Assembly (NCBI RefSeq): GCF_009914755.1 | Contig: NC_060936.1 | Strand: one strand, 5' to 3' | Origin: the human T2T-CHM13v2.0 reference genome, Homo sapiens | Length of the DNA stretch: 64,000 bases | Part shown: piece after piece, positions 12,265-27,042 of the stretch | Position numbering within the stretch: position 1 is the stretch's first letter | Layout of the letters: every line of letters starts with the position of its first letter | Program-made: the position numbers and the translations under genes | Notes under the pieces: model-generated | The model's input: the letters and a program-made list of their open reading frames with translations, nothing else | What the model was told of the DNA's origin: nothing | Database searches by the model: none

Positions 12265-12617
12265 TCACAAATATTAATATAATGGTAGATGAAGAATACT
12301 CAACAGAAATTTCTTTTGAAGTTTCAATTCGGTGGGTGAAAACTTAAAAATATATTTAACTGTAAATTAAATAATAATAATGATATGTTAATTGCCTCTA
12401 AGAAGCAAGAACACAACCTAGAATACAGAACTTCAGAGAAGAGATGGTTAAAAACAGTAGCAGGTGAAACATGAGCACCTAGAGATCTAGGGGAAAAAAG
12501 TGAAAAAAAAAAAAAAAAAACTGGAGATGAAGGTGAATGAGGAGTACACAGAGTACAGGCATTGCTGAAAACACAGTAAGAGATGCAAAGACCAGGAATG
12601 AGAAAACTGAGCAAATC

Positions 12618-12914
12618 GGCCAGGCACAGTGGCTCATGCCTGTTACCCAGCACTTTGGGAGGCCAAGGCGGGTGGATCATCTGAGGTCAGGAGTTCGAGA
12701 CCAGCCTGAACAACATGGGTGAAACCCTGTCTCTACTAAAAATAAAAAATCAGCTGGGCGTGGTGGCACATGCCTGTTATCCCAGCTACTTGGGAGGTTG
12801 AGCAGGAGAATTGCTTGATGGAAGAGGAGGAAGATGTTGCAGTGAGCTGAGATCGCGCCATTGCACCCCAGCCTGGGGAACAAGAGCAAAAGTCCATCTC
12901 AAAAAGAAAAAAAG
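12618..12914 (+). mobile_element. AluS (Sq/Sx-like)
   Basis: Full dimer; perfect 16-bp TSD gaaaactgagcaaatc (12602-12617 / 12915-12930). Confidence 0.95.
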
Positions 12915-13027
12915 GAAAACTGAGCAAATCAAATTAAAGGGAATAAAGAAAGGAAGAGAATAATGGAGGAGAGGAGAGAGGGAGGGGATAAAAAGGAAGG
13001 AGGAAGGATAGAAAAAAACACTGAAGT

Positions 13028-13700
<673 letters not shown>

Positions 13701-13709
13701 CTTGGCATG

Positions 13710-14040
13710 TGCACTCCCATCTCAAGTGCTTTGTGCTTGCTTCTTCTGCCTGCACAAACTTGCACCTCCTCTTTGCATAGCTAAATAATACTCATCCTTC
13801 AGAGCTCAGCCCAACTGTTCCTCTTCCAGGAAGCCTTCACTGAACTCCTGGACTTGCTGTCCTTTATATCTCCTCAAAGAATCTATCTCTTCCCTTGTAT
13901 TTCATTTCTCCTCCACCAGCTCTAGACTCTATGAACATGTCTATTTTCACACAGTGTTTTATTCCCGGTGCTTATTGCAGTGCCTAGTATGTAGCAGGCA
14001 CTTCATAAATATTTGTTGAATGAATAAATGAATGAAAGAA
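13710..14040 (+). mobile_element. L2 3' end
   Basis: ctcatccttcagagctcag...ttccaggaagccttc...cagtgcctagtatgtagcaggcac...tatttgttgaatgaataaatgaatgaa. Confidence 0.8.
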
Positions 14041-14952
14041 TTAATAATACTGCTTATCATTTATTATCGAGTGCTAACTTGTGATAACATCTGTGTTATT
14101 TTACCACAAAAGCAGATCTTCCTTTCAGAGAATATGAAGCAAAACAAAGAAAAAAGAAAAAGAAAAAGAGAAAGAAAAGAAATGAATCTAATTAAGTGTC
14201 CTTGAGGAAGAATTTTTGATCTTGTAAAATTTTGCATATTTACTTCTTATGTTGGTTGAATATGAAATGTACCCAGGAGTCCAGAATTTGCATCAAAACT
14301 ATCTAAACTCTTAAGCTTATAAAAATGAGCAAGGAATTTAATGATGGGTTTTTAGAAGATATATTTGGCATTTTCTGCTTATAATTGGATTAGAATTACA
14401 AGAAGCAGATCAAATTTTCCCACACATTTCTTACTTCTACCCTTGATCCTATACTAAATCAGAAAGCCTGAGGTAGCAAGGGGGAAATATATTTTTTAAA
14501 TGTATTGTAATCTAGGCCTTTGTCTTCTGGAACCAAAGAAGAAGCTTGCTTCAGGTTTTGATTTTTAATTTCTCATATTTATTCCACTTTGCAGTGCCTT
14601 CTGGATATGTTCCCATATGGAGCTACTTTGAGTTTTTGAGAGAAAAAAGTGAAGAAACTAAGAATTATGGAAGGTCAGAGATAGAAGGGGCTGCATAAAT
14701 AATCTACTCAGTGTCTGTCATTTTGCATACAAAGAAAGTGGTACCCAGAAAGTACATATGCTGAAACAGTGATAAGAATTCTGGTTCCCACACCTCCTTC
14801 CCCAAATCCTTTCCTAACCACACCAACTCATAAAGAAAGACAAAGGCTAGACTGAGTTATGCACCTTATCTGTATATCAAAACTAGTTTTCTCATTGACT
14901 TGGCTTAAAGATAGAATGATTAAAAAGTCTGTCTTGAAAATATATAAATTTT

Positions 14953-15263
<311 letters not shown>

Positions 15264-15394
15264 TTATAGAAACACCATAATAATGACATAAAGGCATATC
15301 AACTTTCAAGCCTATTTTTCTTAAACTTGGCACTTTTCTATCATCTAGAAGGTAGCACTTTTGATCCACGTACTGTACCTGTACAGCAGAAAGG

Positions 15395-15670
15395 AGCCAC
15401 AAAACTTTGGTGTAAACATGTTCAATTCCAGGTCCCTTTACTTATTAGCTGAAACCTTAGGCAAACTAACTACATTTAGAACCTTAGTTTCTTTATCTGC
15501 AAAATTAGAATATTAGTTCCTGCTTCATAGACAAACTGAAATTATTTTTATAAATCAATATGCAGATAAATATGCATTTATTAAATAAAATCATTCACAG
15601 ATGGCTATGAGGAATACATGATCTGACAGTGCCTGGTATACAAAAGACGTATGCTGAATCCTAACTTCCT
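15395..15670 (+). mobile_element. MIR
   Basis: ttcaattccagg...ttagctgaaaccttaggcaa...cttagtttctttatctgcaaaatt...acagtgcctggtatac. Confidence 0.65.
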
Positions 15671-16795
15671 TCCTTTTCTAAATCAGTGGAGCCACTTAGC
15701 TCTGCTTGGTTCAGTGAAGTCTTTGCGTTTCATTTTACAGAGACAGGCTATTTGAGGGCTCTTAGGAAGGGCCTCATTGAAAATATTTCTTGTCAGAGTT
15801 ACCTGACATGGAACATGTACTGAGTATTTTTTTTGTTTTGTACTAAGTATTTAAGTGGTTTATAAAATGACCCCTACAGTGGTTGCTGCAGTAAATGGCA
15901 AGAAAACATGCACATACTCGTGATTGAAAATTGCTGCTTACTGGCACACCAAACTTTTGTTAATGTATTGATAGAGAGTATTTGCATACTTGGTTTAAAG
16001 TTCTGTCAGTTTAATAGATTTGACTATCAACCAGAAAATAACAGAATTTTAGTACAAACCAGCAAGTCAAATTCAGTCCGCCTCACGAAGCAGATTAAAT
16101 TCTTCGAAAAGAGGAAATTGCTACATGACACTTAAAAGAACATACCACTGAAATATTGTCAGGCTGAATATTGTTTTGAACTTGCAGATTCTAGCTTCTT
16201 CCACTTAGGACCCTATAGCTTTGGGGAAAGGCAGTAGAGTTTAGTGGGATAATTAACATTATCTTCCTCTAGGTTCCAGTACCATGTGAAGGAGGAGGCA
16301 AATTAGCTTCCAACTGCCATAGAATTTTTGACACAACATTGAACTAGAAAGTGAGAATCTTGAGTTTCCTCCGAGCACTATATGGCACTGGACAAAATCC
16401 TCTTTCTCCTTCAGTTATCCGTTTTCTTATGAATAAAGTTACAGGACTGGTTGGGAGTCTTACCTAAAGACTAAGTCTGAGTTTGCCCCACTTACTAGAA
16501 AGACATTTTCCCAACAGCCATGGGGGTCCAGCAACTGGAATCTCATTGTCTTACGAAACAGTCTATTATATGTTACTATACACTTTATTCTTCCTCCATG
16601 TAGCATACTCTAAAACCTTCAAAGAGAGCATTTTGTTCCCCTCTTTCTACTCTTATCTTTCTCTAGGTCGAATATCTTTGTTACTCTATGTAATGAGGTA
16701 GTTTCAAGTTACTGGTCCAACCTGGTTGCATTCTCTAGATGAACTTCCACTGCTTATGGTCTCCTTGTATCCTTGATTCCAACCTAATACTCTTT

Positions 16796-16845
16796 ACAGA
16801 ATCTCATCAGGATAGATGACACAGAATCTCATCAGGATAGATGAC
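16796..16845. repeat. Perfect 25-bp tandem duplication
   Basis: acagaatctcatcaggatagatgac x2. Confidence 0.95.
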
Positions 16846-17809
16846 AGAGACCAAGGTTTCTTAACCACAGATCCATCCCAGGGTCCTCCATCTTGTCCAC
16901 CAGAGGTCTTTAAAGACAGTGATCTACTAGCCTGGAAAGCTCTTATCAAAGAAATAACTAAGCTTAGCTTAACTCATTTTTTAATAATCCAAGAGTCCTT
17001 CCAATTATTTCTGACTTCTCTGCTAATTGCTCATAACTTATCAATTGAATCATCTCTACTAGAGTCTTCCCCAGAAATCATTGTCAGACTCATTGACTTG
17101 TAGACTCAGGAATCAAACTATTCTCCTTTGTCTTGGTATGGGTACATCCAAGACATAACATGTTCTATATTCTGGATTCTTCCTCAATCTATTTACACAA
17201 AGAATACCAAAAATGGTTCTATCAGCCATCATTTTTTCTGAGTGTTATTTTTTTCCCCCAAAACCCCTAAATGCTTTAAAAAAAATCATCTCCCTTTAAG
17301 TCCCTCTAAGCCAAAGGATATAAAAGAAGTGCTTCAGAGAGTCTGAACTTGAATGCCTATGGGCAGGACATTCACTCCCTGGTTCCTCCAGTCCTTACTA
17401 AGCTTTCTATTTTCTTCACTTAGCATTTTCACACATTTATGCTACTGGACTGCCCCATGAAGTGTTTTGAGTTTGCAACCCCTGTTGGTTCCACCTCTTT
17501 CAATTTGAAGATTATTTCCTTTCATAGTGAAAATGGAATCACAATGGGAGTTGCTGCCAAAGGCTTCCATGCCTCTGCTCACACTGTGCTCCCCATCTAA
17601 GACTTTTTCCTTCAGTTCTTCTCCTAACTGTTTAGTATCTTTTGGGCATCATTTCATAAAATAACAGTAATCACAACAACTATTTACTCTGTATTTATTA
17701 TGGCCTAGGCATTGTGCAGAGGATGTGGAAATGAATGACACCTGGTCTCAGGCTCCGATTCTTGGTGCAGGGTAAGGGACTGTTGTGTAACGCTGAATTT
17801 ACAATACAG

Positions 17810-18092
17810 TATCTAGTGTGGTGATTTTGTGCATAGACACAGAAGCCAGACTGCCTAAGTTCAAGTCCTGGCTCTTCCACCTAGCAACTATTTAGCCTGG
17901 AGAAAGTTTTTAACTGCTCTGTACCTCAGTTTTCTCATCTGAAAACTGGGGATAATAGCAGCACCCTCCTACAGAGCTATTATGAAGATTCAATAAGTAT
18001 TTTTAAGGTATAAAGTATTTAGAATATAAAGTATTTAGAAGAGTACCTGGTACATATGAGATCTCAGTGTTTGCTATCATTTTTATTATTAT
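17810..18092 (+). mobile_element. MIR, near full length
   Basis: gaagccagactgcctaagttcaagtcctggctc...cctcagttttctcatctgaaaactggggataata; contains a 16-bp duplication at 18009-18040. Confidence 0.85.
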
Positions 18093-18559
18093 TGAAGTAT
18101 AAGAGCAGTGAGAAAAAATCCTCTGACTCCCTTCCTCCATGCCCCCATCCACGCCTATGTATAGATGTTTCTCCTTTTCGCTCTACCACTCTGTATATAT
18201 ATATTTTTATAACAGTATTGTAATGGTGTTGTGTAGTGATCTCTCTCCAAGGTACTGACTGGTAATATATTAAAATATTTCCTATTGTTTGTTTTTGGAA
18301 GTTGTTACCTCAAAGCTACCTCTCTACCCAGTGTTCTCACTCACTGTCTCCCTGGCAGTCCCAAGCCACATCTTTGTCATTCTTTGGACTTTCTTAAAAA
18401 ACAGCAACTAAAAGGTCAACTATCAACATGGCATGTGGTCTTTAGGATTCCTCCCCAAGACTAGTTTCCAGTCTCTCCTTCTAGTTGGCCAGTGCCCTAG
18501 TTATACTGTTCAATATTTTGAATTTCACTTGTTTTATCACTCTGTGATCTATGTAGAAT

Positions 18560-19318
18560 ATAGGCCCAAATCCTTTATCTGCAATTCCAGAATTAGAGAG
18601 GAACCGAAAACCAAGATTTCCTTGCTTTTTTTTTCTTTTTCCCCTTTTTTTCCATTCTTCCCTCCCTCCCTTCCTTCCTCTCTTCTTCCCTTCTTTTCTT
18701 TCTCTCTTCCTTTCTTCTCTTGATAGTAAAACTCATTTGACCTCAAAATTTAACCTGGCCTGATATGTAAAGTTTATAATCTTTAGTTATTATTGCATTT
18801 AGTATTAAACTAATATATTTCACTACAAAAACATTTAGTAAGTTCATCATAATCACTTGGACTATCCTAGAGACATTCTGAAATAAAAGTAGTGAGCCTT
18901 CCACACCTGTGAATTCTACCAACCATGGGTTTCACCAAATGCAAATAAAAAATACCTGGGAAAAAAAACAATAAAAAATAATGCAATAGTAAGAAATAAT
19001 ACAAATTTTAAAATACAGTGTAACAACTATTTACATAGCATTTATACTATATTAGGAATTCCAAGTAACCCAGAGATAATTTAAAGTATACCGTCTGTAT
19101 GAGCATAGGTTGTATGCAAATACTGCAACATTTCACATGAGAGACTTGAGCATTTGGGGATTTTGTTATCCATGGGGGTCCTGGGACCAATTCCCATGGA
19201 TACGAAGGGATGACTGTATATGCATTATTTTATATTTCTGAAGTCCAAAAGATTTCTGAATTCTAAAACACATCTTGCTTCAAGAGTTTCTGATAGATTT
19301 ACAGATTTTACAGGCTGA
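18560..19318 (-). mobile_element. MER46C-like TcMar-Tigger element, split by MER2
   Basis: Ends aggcccaaatcctttatctgcaattcc and tctgaattctaaaacacatcttgcttcaagagtttctgata match the recalled consensus; family name tentative. Confidence 0.55.
18890..19217 (-). mobile_element. MER2 (TcMar-Tigger)
   Basis: gacttgagcatttggggattttgttatccatgggggtcctgggaccaattcccatggatacgaagggatgactg is the reverse of the MER2 start. Confidence 0.88.
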
Positions 19319-19319
19319 T

Positions 19320-19535
19320 ACATGAGACTCAAACACTGCCTCTTCTAAATAAATTGTGTGTTATAAAACGATTTAGTTAACTTCTCTCTGCCTCCAAACT
19401 GTCGTCTGTAAAATGGGTATAATATTAGTACTTACCCATAAGGCTGCTATTAAGATTTAATAGCTAATATATGGAAATTGCTTAAAACAGTGCCTATCTC
19501 ATGGTAGTCACTCATTTATTAGTAATTGTCATTTT
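19320..19535 (+). mobile_element. MIR
   Basis: aacttctctctgcctc...ctgtaaaatgggtataata...aaaacagtgcct. Confidence 0.75.
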
Positions 19536-19818
19536 AAAATTTGTGTCTGTTTTTATTTGTGGGTAAGGTTTGTACTTTTCCATCTCATGCTGTTTAATTC
19601 TCAGCACACAGTAGGGACTTTGTAAAAGCTCATTTGAATAACTGCATGAATGAATGACTCCATTTGCCCCAAGTAGTCGATCTCTTTCTTCTTCATCAGA
19701 ATATAGGTTTAAAATCTGTTTCATTTATTACATTTTTTTACACAAGTCAGCTTGTTCTGGTCTTTTCCTGCCTGATAGTCTTTGCTTTCCTGTTTTCTTA
19801 TTTCTGGATATGTGCTTG

Positions 19819-20164
<346 letters not shown>

Positions 20165-20919
20165 TAATCGAGCTCTCTTAAAGTGCACCCTGTCAAACAT
20201 TACTACTATCTTCAAATTTTTATTGATTTTTTCTTCTTCATCACTTGTATTTTTTCCAAAGTCGAGATTCTGATAAGTTCTCAACATCCTTGGGCATCTT
20301 TCCACTTGATATTCCCTTTGGAATACACAGACTCCCATCTATATTTCCTTGGAGCTTTCTAATATCTGCATCCATAGAGTACCCACTTCTCCTTTGTGGC
20401 TACTACAAACCACAAGAAATAGAAATGCCATGTGTTCCCATGGCCATAACCCTTGGCCTTGATGGAGACTTTACTACTTCTGCTATCTGCATTTCAAATA
20501 TCTCATTCTGAGATCACTGTCTCCCATCCTTTCATCTTGACTCTTCATTTATACAACCTTCAGCCTTATCAAGACCTACAATCCATAGACCACCAACCAT
20601 TTTCATTCCTGAGAAGAGAGGAAGGCTTCCCTTTCCTCCTCCCCAAGACAGGATTCCATAGTCCATCAATATAACCATTCTTCAGCAAATGCTCCTACTT
20701 TATTTTATCCAATTCCCTCTGTTGTTTTACTTGGCACAGCCCCAGCCTGGTACCTTTGAGTCAAGCAGTTAAACTTTATTGGAAAAAAAAATCAAACATG
20801 CATTTAGAATTTTGTTTCACATTAAATTTAAGGTCATAAACCTTAAATGAGCACTTAAACCTGCCTGTCTGAGAGTCCTTCTATATTTATCTAGTAAGCT
20901 CATATTTCTACTCTATAAG

Positions 20920-23555
20920 TGACAATGTCTCTCTTTGACCAGACTCTAGACAGCTTCCTCTGAGCTCTTTTGTAATGAGGACCTGACCTTGGGCTTTGTC
21001 CTTACCCTCCTTAGTCAAATTTAAGCAAGAATCCTGCTGGATCCATTTAGTGAAAATCCTCCATCCTGGGTATTTGAGCACTCTTAATATCTGATCAAAT
21101 TCCTCATCCCCTATGCATGGTATCTTATCACTCTGACCTGTCTTCAGCAAGAATCCTATCAGGTCATTCTAGCCAGAATCTCCCCTATCCTGATGTTTCT
21201 TCTAATAGTTTTCCATCCACTGACCCCTACTCTGCTTCTTGGCTATAAATCCCCACTCATCCTTGTTATATTTGGAGCTGAGCTGATCATTCCTACTGTA
21301 AAACCTCTCATTTCAGTAGTCTATTTTTTTTTTAGATTTTCTGTTATTTTATTTATTTGTGTTATGTAATAATCACACATATTTTGGAAGTACATGTGAT
21401 ATTTTGATACCTGCATACAGTGTGTAGTGATGAAATCAGGATAATTGAGATATCCATTACCTCAAATATTTATTTTTTTCTTTGCACTGGGAACATTACA
21501 AATCTTCTCTTCTAGCTATTTTGAAAGACACAGTAAATTATTGTTAACTATAATTTTCTTACTGTACTATTAAATCTTGGAATTCATTTCTTCTATCTAA
21601 CTATATTTTAATACCCACTAACTAACTTCTCTTCATTTATTTCCTCCTTTCTCCCCTTCTCACTCTCTGGTAACCATCATTCTACTCTCATCTCCATGAG
21701 ATACACTTTTTTAGCTCCCACATATGAGTGGGAACATGTGATATTTGTCTTTCTGTGCCTGGCTTATTTTACCTAACACAATGACTTCCAGTTCTATCTG
21801 TATTGCTGCAAAGGACAGAATTTTCTTCTTTTTATGGCTGAATAATATTCTACTGCACATATGTACCACATTTTAAAAAATTCATTCATCCACTGATGGG
21901 CACATAGGTTGATTTCATTTTTTGGTTAGTAGGAGTAGTGCTGCAATAAACACAGGAGGGCAGATATCTCTTTGATATACCAATTTCCTTTTTTTGGGCT
22001 ATATATCCAGCGGTGAGATGGCTGGATTATATGGTAGTTCTATTTTAAGTTTTCTGAGGAATCTCCATAGTGTTTTCCATAGTGGCTGTAGTACTTAACA
22101 TTCCCACCAACATCCTTGTTAGCATTGTATTTTTTGTCTTTTTTGTAACAGCCATTCTAACTGGGGTGAGCTAATATCTCATTTTTGTTTTGATTTACAT
22201 TTCCCTGATAATTAATGATGTTGAGCATTTTTTTATATACCTGTTGGCCATTTGTATGTCCTCTTTTGAGAAATGTCTATTTAGGTCTTTTGCCCATTCT
22301 TAATCAGATTTTTTTTTTTTTTTTTTGCTATTGAATTGTCTGAGTTTCTTATATATTCTGATCATTAATTTCTTGTCAGATAGTCAGATGGATAGTTTGC
22401 AAATATTTTCTCCCATTCTAGGTTGTCTTTTCACTTCGTTGATTGTTTCCTTTCTATGCAGAAGCTTTTCAGTTTTATTTAATCCCATTTGTCTATTTTT
22501 TGCTTTTGTTTCCTGTCCTTTCAATATCTTACCCCCCAAAAAAATCTTTCCCCAGACCAATGTCCTTACCATTTCCCCAATGTTTTATCTAGTACTTGCA
22601 TAGCTTCAGGTCTTACATTTAAGTTTTTAATCCATTTTGAGTTGATTTTTGTATATTGTGAAAAATGGAGATCTCATGCCATTCTTCTGCATATGGAGAT
22701 CCAGCTTGCCCAGCACCATTTATTAAAGAGACTGTTCTTTCCCCAATGTTCTTGCCACCTTTGTTAAAATGGCACCTTTGTCAAAAATAAGTTGGATGTA
22801 AGTATGTGGACTTATTTCTGGGTTCTCTATTCTGTTCCATTGGTCTATATGTCTGTTTTTATGCCAGTACATTGCTATTTTGGTTACTATACCTTCATTG
22901 TCTAATTTGACATCAGATAATGTGATGCCTTCAGCTTTGCTGTTTTTGGTCAGGATTGCTTTAGCTATCCGGGGTCTTTTGTGATTTCATACAAATTTTA
23001 GGATTTTTTTCTATTTCTGTGAAAACTGCCATTGGTATTTTAATAGGGATTGTATTGAATCTGTAAATCACTTTGGGTAGACATTTTAACAATATTAATC
23101 CTTCCAATCCATGAGCATGGAATATTTTTCCATTTATTATATCCATCTCAAGTTTTTTTCTTCAGTATTTTATGGTTTTCCTTGTAGAGATTTTTCACTT
23201 CTTTGGTTAAATTTATTCCTAGGTTTTGTTTGTTTGTTTGTTTGTTGTTTTTTTTTTTTGGTAGCTGTTACAAATTGGGTTGTTTTCTTGATTTCCTTTT
23301 CAGATTGATTGCTGTTAAGAAATAGAAATGCTACTGATTTTTGCATGCTGATTTTGTATCCTACAACTTTAGTGAATTTGTTTATCAGTTCTAAGAGGTT
23401 TCTTTTTGGTGGAGTCTTTAGGTTTTCTAAATATAAGATCATGTCATCCCCAAACAAGGATAATTTGATTTCTTCCTTTCCAATTTGGATGCTTTCTTAA
23501 ATAAAGTCTTTCTTATTGTCTTTAACAAGTGTCTTGAATAATCTTTCTTTAACTC
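20920..23555 (+). mobile_element. MER31-type ERV1 solo LTR (20920-21322 and 23496-23555), split by L1
   Basis: tgacaa...tctctttgaccagactctag; agcaagaatcctgc; atatctgatcaaattcctcatcccc; ggctataaatcccc; the 3' part aataaagtctt...ttctttaac resumes after the L1. Confidence 0.8.
21323..23495 (-). mobile_element. L1MA (L1MA4-like), 5'-truncated, ~2.2 kb
   Basis: 3' UTR motif gtacatgtgatattttgatac...tcttctagctattttgaaa; ORF2 remnants including the RT-motif-like [13 protein letters not shown] (23170-23457) and [12 protein letters not shown]. Confidence 0.92.
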
Positions 23556-25419
23556 AAGATGACACATTTTATACTTTCTCTTTAAACTTCCACATCCTCT
23601 CTCCTCCCCTTGCTCTTAGCTGATCACTGTGGCTCACACTTCATTTAGAAAATGAAAGCCCGTTGTCAGTCAAGAACTCACTCTCCTCTTACACCAAATC
23701 TACACACCTAGTTGGCTCTTTATTCATCTTCTCTCCTAGTAACAGTGGGAGAAATGTCTCTTCTCCTAGCAAAACTCAATCCTCCCACTTGTGCTCTAAA
23801 TCCCTTCCTTTCTTGCCTTGTCAAAGAGTTCAGTGCTTTCCTCATTTTCTCTTTCCTTAGTCCTTTATTGATGGATTAATCTCGTTGTTAACACATTCCA
23901 GAATCTTCAATATTGACAAAAATTAAGAAAACCACCCTTGAGCCAGTCACCTCTCCAATAGCTTTTAGACTATCTGCTTCCTTTTATTACTAAACTTCTC
24001 AACGATTTGTCCAAACGTGAGAGCTCTACTTTCTTACTTCCCAATCATCCCTCAATCCCTTATGATGTAGTTTGTACCTCTAGCATTTCATAATGCCACC
24101 AGTGAACTACATGTAAATTAATTCAAAATATTTTTTCCATTCTTGTCTTACTTGACCTTGTTGTAATATTTTGCATGGTTGGCCATTTCCCCCTTTCTGA
24201 AATAGCCTCTTTTCTGAGCTTCTGAGGCACTCTAGTTTCTCTGTTTTCTTCCTACCTTTTTGGTTGTTTCTCAGTTCCTCCTTCTATCAGACCTTTAAAT
24301 GTTGACATTTCTCAGATCTCCAGCTTAGGATTCATTGTCTTCTTTTTGCATAGGATTTTCCTAGATGGTTTATTTTTCCTGGAAAACAAATATCTTTAAA
24401 TGCTATCCATATACTGACAACTCACAAATTTATGTCTCTAACCCACACCATATCTCTGAGACATCCATAGATGTATAAAATCTAATAAGTCTAGAACTAA
24501 AGTTTTGCTCTTTCTACCCTGATAAATATTTTTTTCCTTTGTATTTCTCATCCCACTATTTCCTCTTCCCTCCCTGCGCCCCCTCCACCCCCAGCCACTG
24601 CGTCACAACAACCTGGGAGTCCTTGGCTCCTTATTCTGACTCCCCACCCACAGACTATCCATCTCTACAGGTTGACAATTCTACCTCCATTATCTACTCA
24701 AATCCATTGTCTCCTCTTGACAACATTCCCCTGGTCCAGTCCATCGGCATCTCTTTATTGAGTCTCTACAGTAATTTATCTCCTTATTTCTACATTCATC
24801 TTATTCCAAGCTATTTTACACATGCCAACCAGAATGATCCTTAAAAATAAAACTTGATCATATTCTTTCTTTGCTTGCAACCCTTCAATGATATTCCCTT
24901 ATGCTTAGAACTTAATTGACCTGAACCACAGTCTATGCCTTCTGTAATCAAATCTGGGGCTGCCATCACCCTTGCTCCCTTGCTGCATCTACACTGGCCT
25001 CCCTCCATTTCTTCAAACATAGAATTATCTCACTGTGTCTGAAATACTCCTCCCACATGGTTCATGTGTGGCAGCCATCTCTTCATTCCTCAAGTGCCAG
25101 ATTATAAATGACTGTCTTGAAGACACTGCTATTTTCTTTAATAAAATTACATCTTATTTGCTTGCTGCTTCTTTATCCCCCTACTTCCTCTCCAGACTGC
25201 AAGGCTCATGAAGGCAAGGATGCTGTCTCTTGTTAACAAATGGAGATACACCCAACATATACCAAAGTGTCTGGCATGTGATGTGTTTAAGAATTTGTTC
25301 AATGACTGAATCCATAAATTCTAGCAGACCAGGTCTCCAGTACTTTTTTGACTCCTATTTCAGTGTCTATGCAGTTCAGAAGTATGATTATATAGATTAG
25401 AGTGACAGTTCCATGTTAA

Positions 25420-25750
<331 letters not shown>

Positions 25751-26196
25751 TACTTTGTGTTTTCTTACACATAACTATACCATTTGTCAAGGTGAGTAAA
25801 AAAAAAAAAAACAAAACTCTATTCCTTGACCCTCAAAGAGCTTAACTAAAATAGGTTCCTCATACTATGCCTACCTGTCCCACGAACTCTTGAAATTCTT
25901 AGCATATCAATCAATTTGTATCTTTTCTTTCAAAATCCATTTTATTTCTTGTTTCCCCTGCTGAAAGTGGGATGAAAAGGAAAAGAATAAATCTTACTAT
26001 GGTGCATAATTTTGTTAACACTGAGTAAAAATTCAGAAATAACTAGCCTATTTAGGCTATATGTACTTTGGAAATTAGAGAAAAGAAAATATGAGCTGGA
26101 AAAAAGGGTATGTTGCAATAACCATGCAGTAGAGACCATAGATACCTATATCTTTTTAGAAATTGAAATATTTTAATATAATATATAAGGATATAT

Positions 26197-26634
26197 TAGT
26201 TAACCATTGAACAACTTGGGTTTGAGCTGCATAAGTCCATTCGTATGCAGATTTTCATCTACTTCTGCCACTCCTGAGATAGCATGACCAACCCTTCTTC
26301 TACCTCCGTGGCCTACTCAGTGTGAAGACAAGTATGAAGACCTTTATGGTGATCCACTTCCACTTAATAAACAGTAAATACATTTTCTCTTCATTATGAT
26401 TTTCTTAATAATATTTTCTTTCTTCTTGCTTACTTTATTATAAAAACTCAGTATATTATATATACATAAAACATACAAAATATATGTTAATCAATTATTT
26501 GTGTTATTGGTAAGTCTTTTGGTCAATAGTGGGCTATTGATAGTTAAGTTTTGGTGACTTAAAAGTTACACCTGGATTTTTGACTTCATGGGGGGTTGGC
26601 ACTCCCAACCCCCACATTATTTAAAGGTCAAGTG
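26197..26634 (+). mobile_element. Tigger2a
   Basis: ttgaacaacttgggtttgagctgc...gaagacctttatggtgatccacttccacttaat...ttaaaggtcaagtg. Confidence 0.88.
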
Positions 26635-26711
26635 TCTATCTTAACTACTTTCATAGAACTACTATTTTTTTCTAAAATGACAATTATTTTTATATTTATT
26701 GTCATTTAATA

Positions 26712-27042
26712 CAGTATTCCCTTAGTGTCCACAGAGTATTAGTTACAAGACTATTGATAAATACCTCAATTCAAGGATACTCAAGTCCCTTAAATAAAAT
26801 AGTATAATATTTTAATGTAATATACTTGTCATATACTTGTACCTCCCATATACTTTAAATCATCTCTAGATTACTTATAATACCTAATACAATGTAAATG
26901 CCATGTACGTAGTTGTCATACTGTATTGCTTTTGTTTGTATTATTTTCTCTCATTGTATTCTTTATTTTTATTTTTCAATATTTTTGATCTAGTTGATTG
27001 AATCCGCAGGTGTGGAACCCTCAGATATGGAAGGCTGACTCT
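26712..27042 (+). mobile_element. MER2
   Basis: tactttaaatcatctctagattacttataatacctaatacaatgtaaatgc...ggaaggctgact. Confidence 0.88.

Larger units (their letters stand above)
20300..25310 (+). mobile_element. Long fragmented L2 (~20300-20919 and ~23560-25310) hosting a nested LTR and L1
   Basis: C/T-rich L2 body motifs and 3' end ccagactgcaaggctcatgaaggcaagg...tctggcatgt...tttgttcaatgactgaat. Confidence 0.7.

Noticed and set aside
22325-23500. Reverse-transcriptase-like ORFs
   Set aside because: These are frameshifted ORF2 remnants of the truncated L1MA, not a functional RT system.
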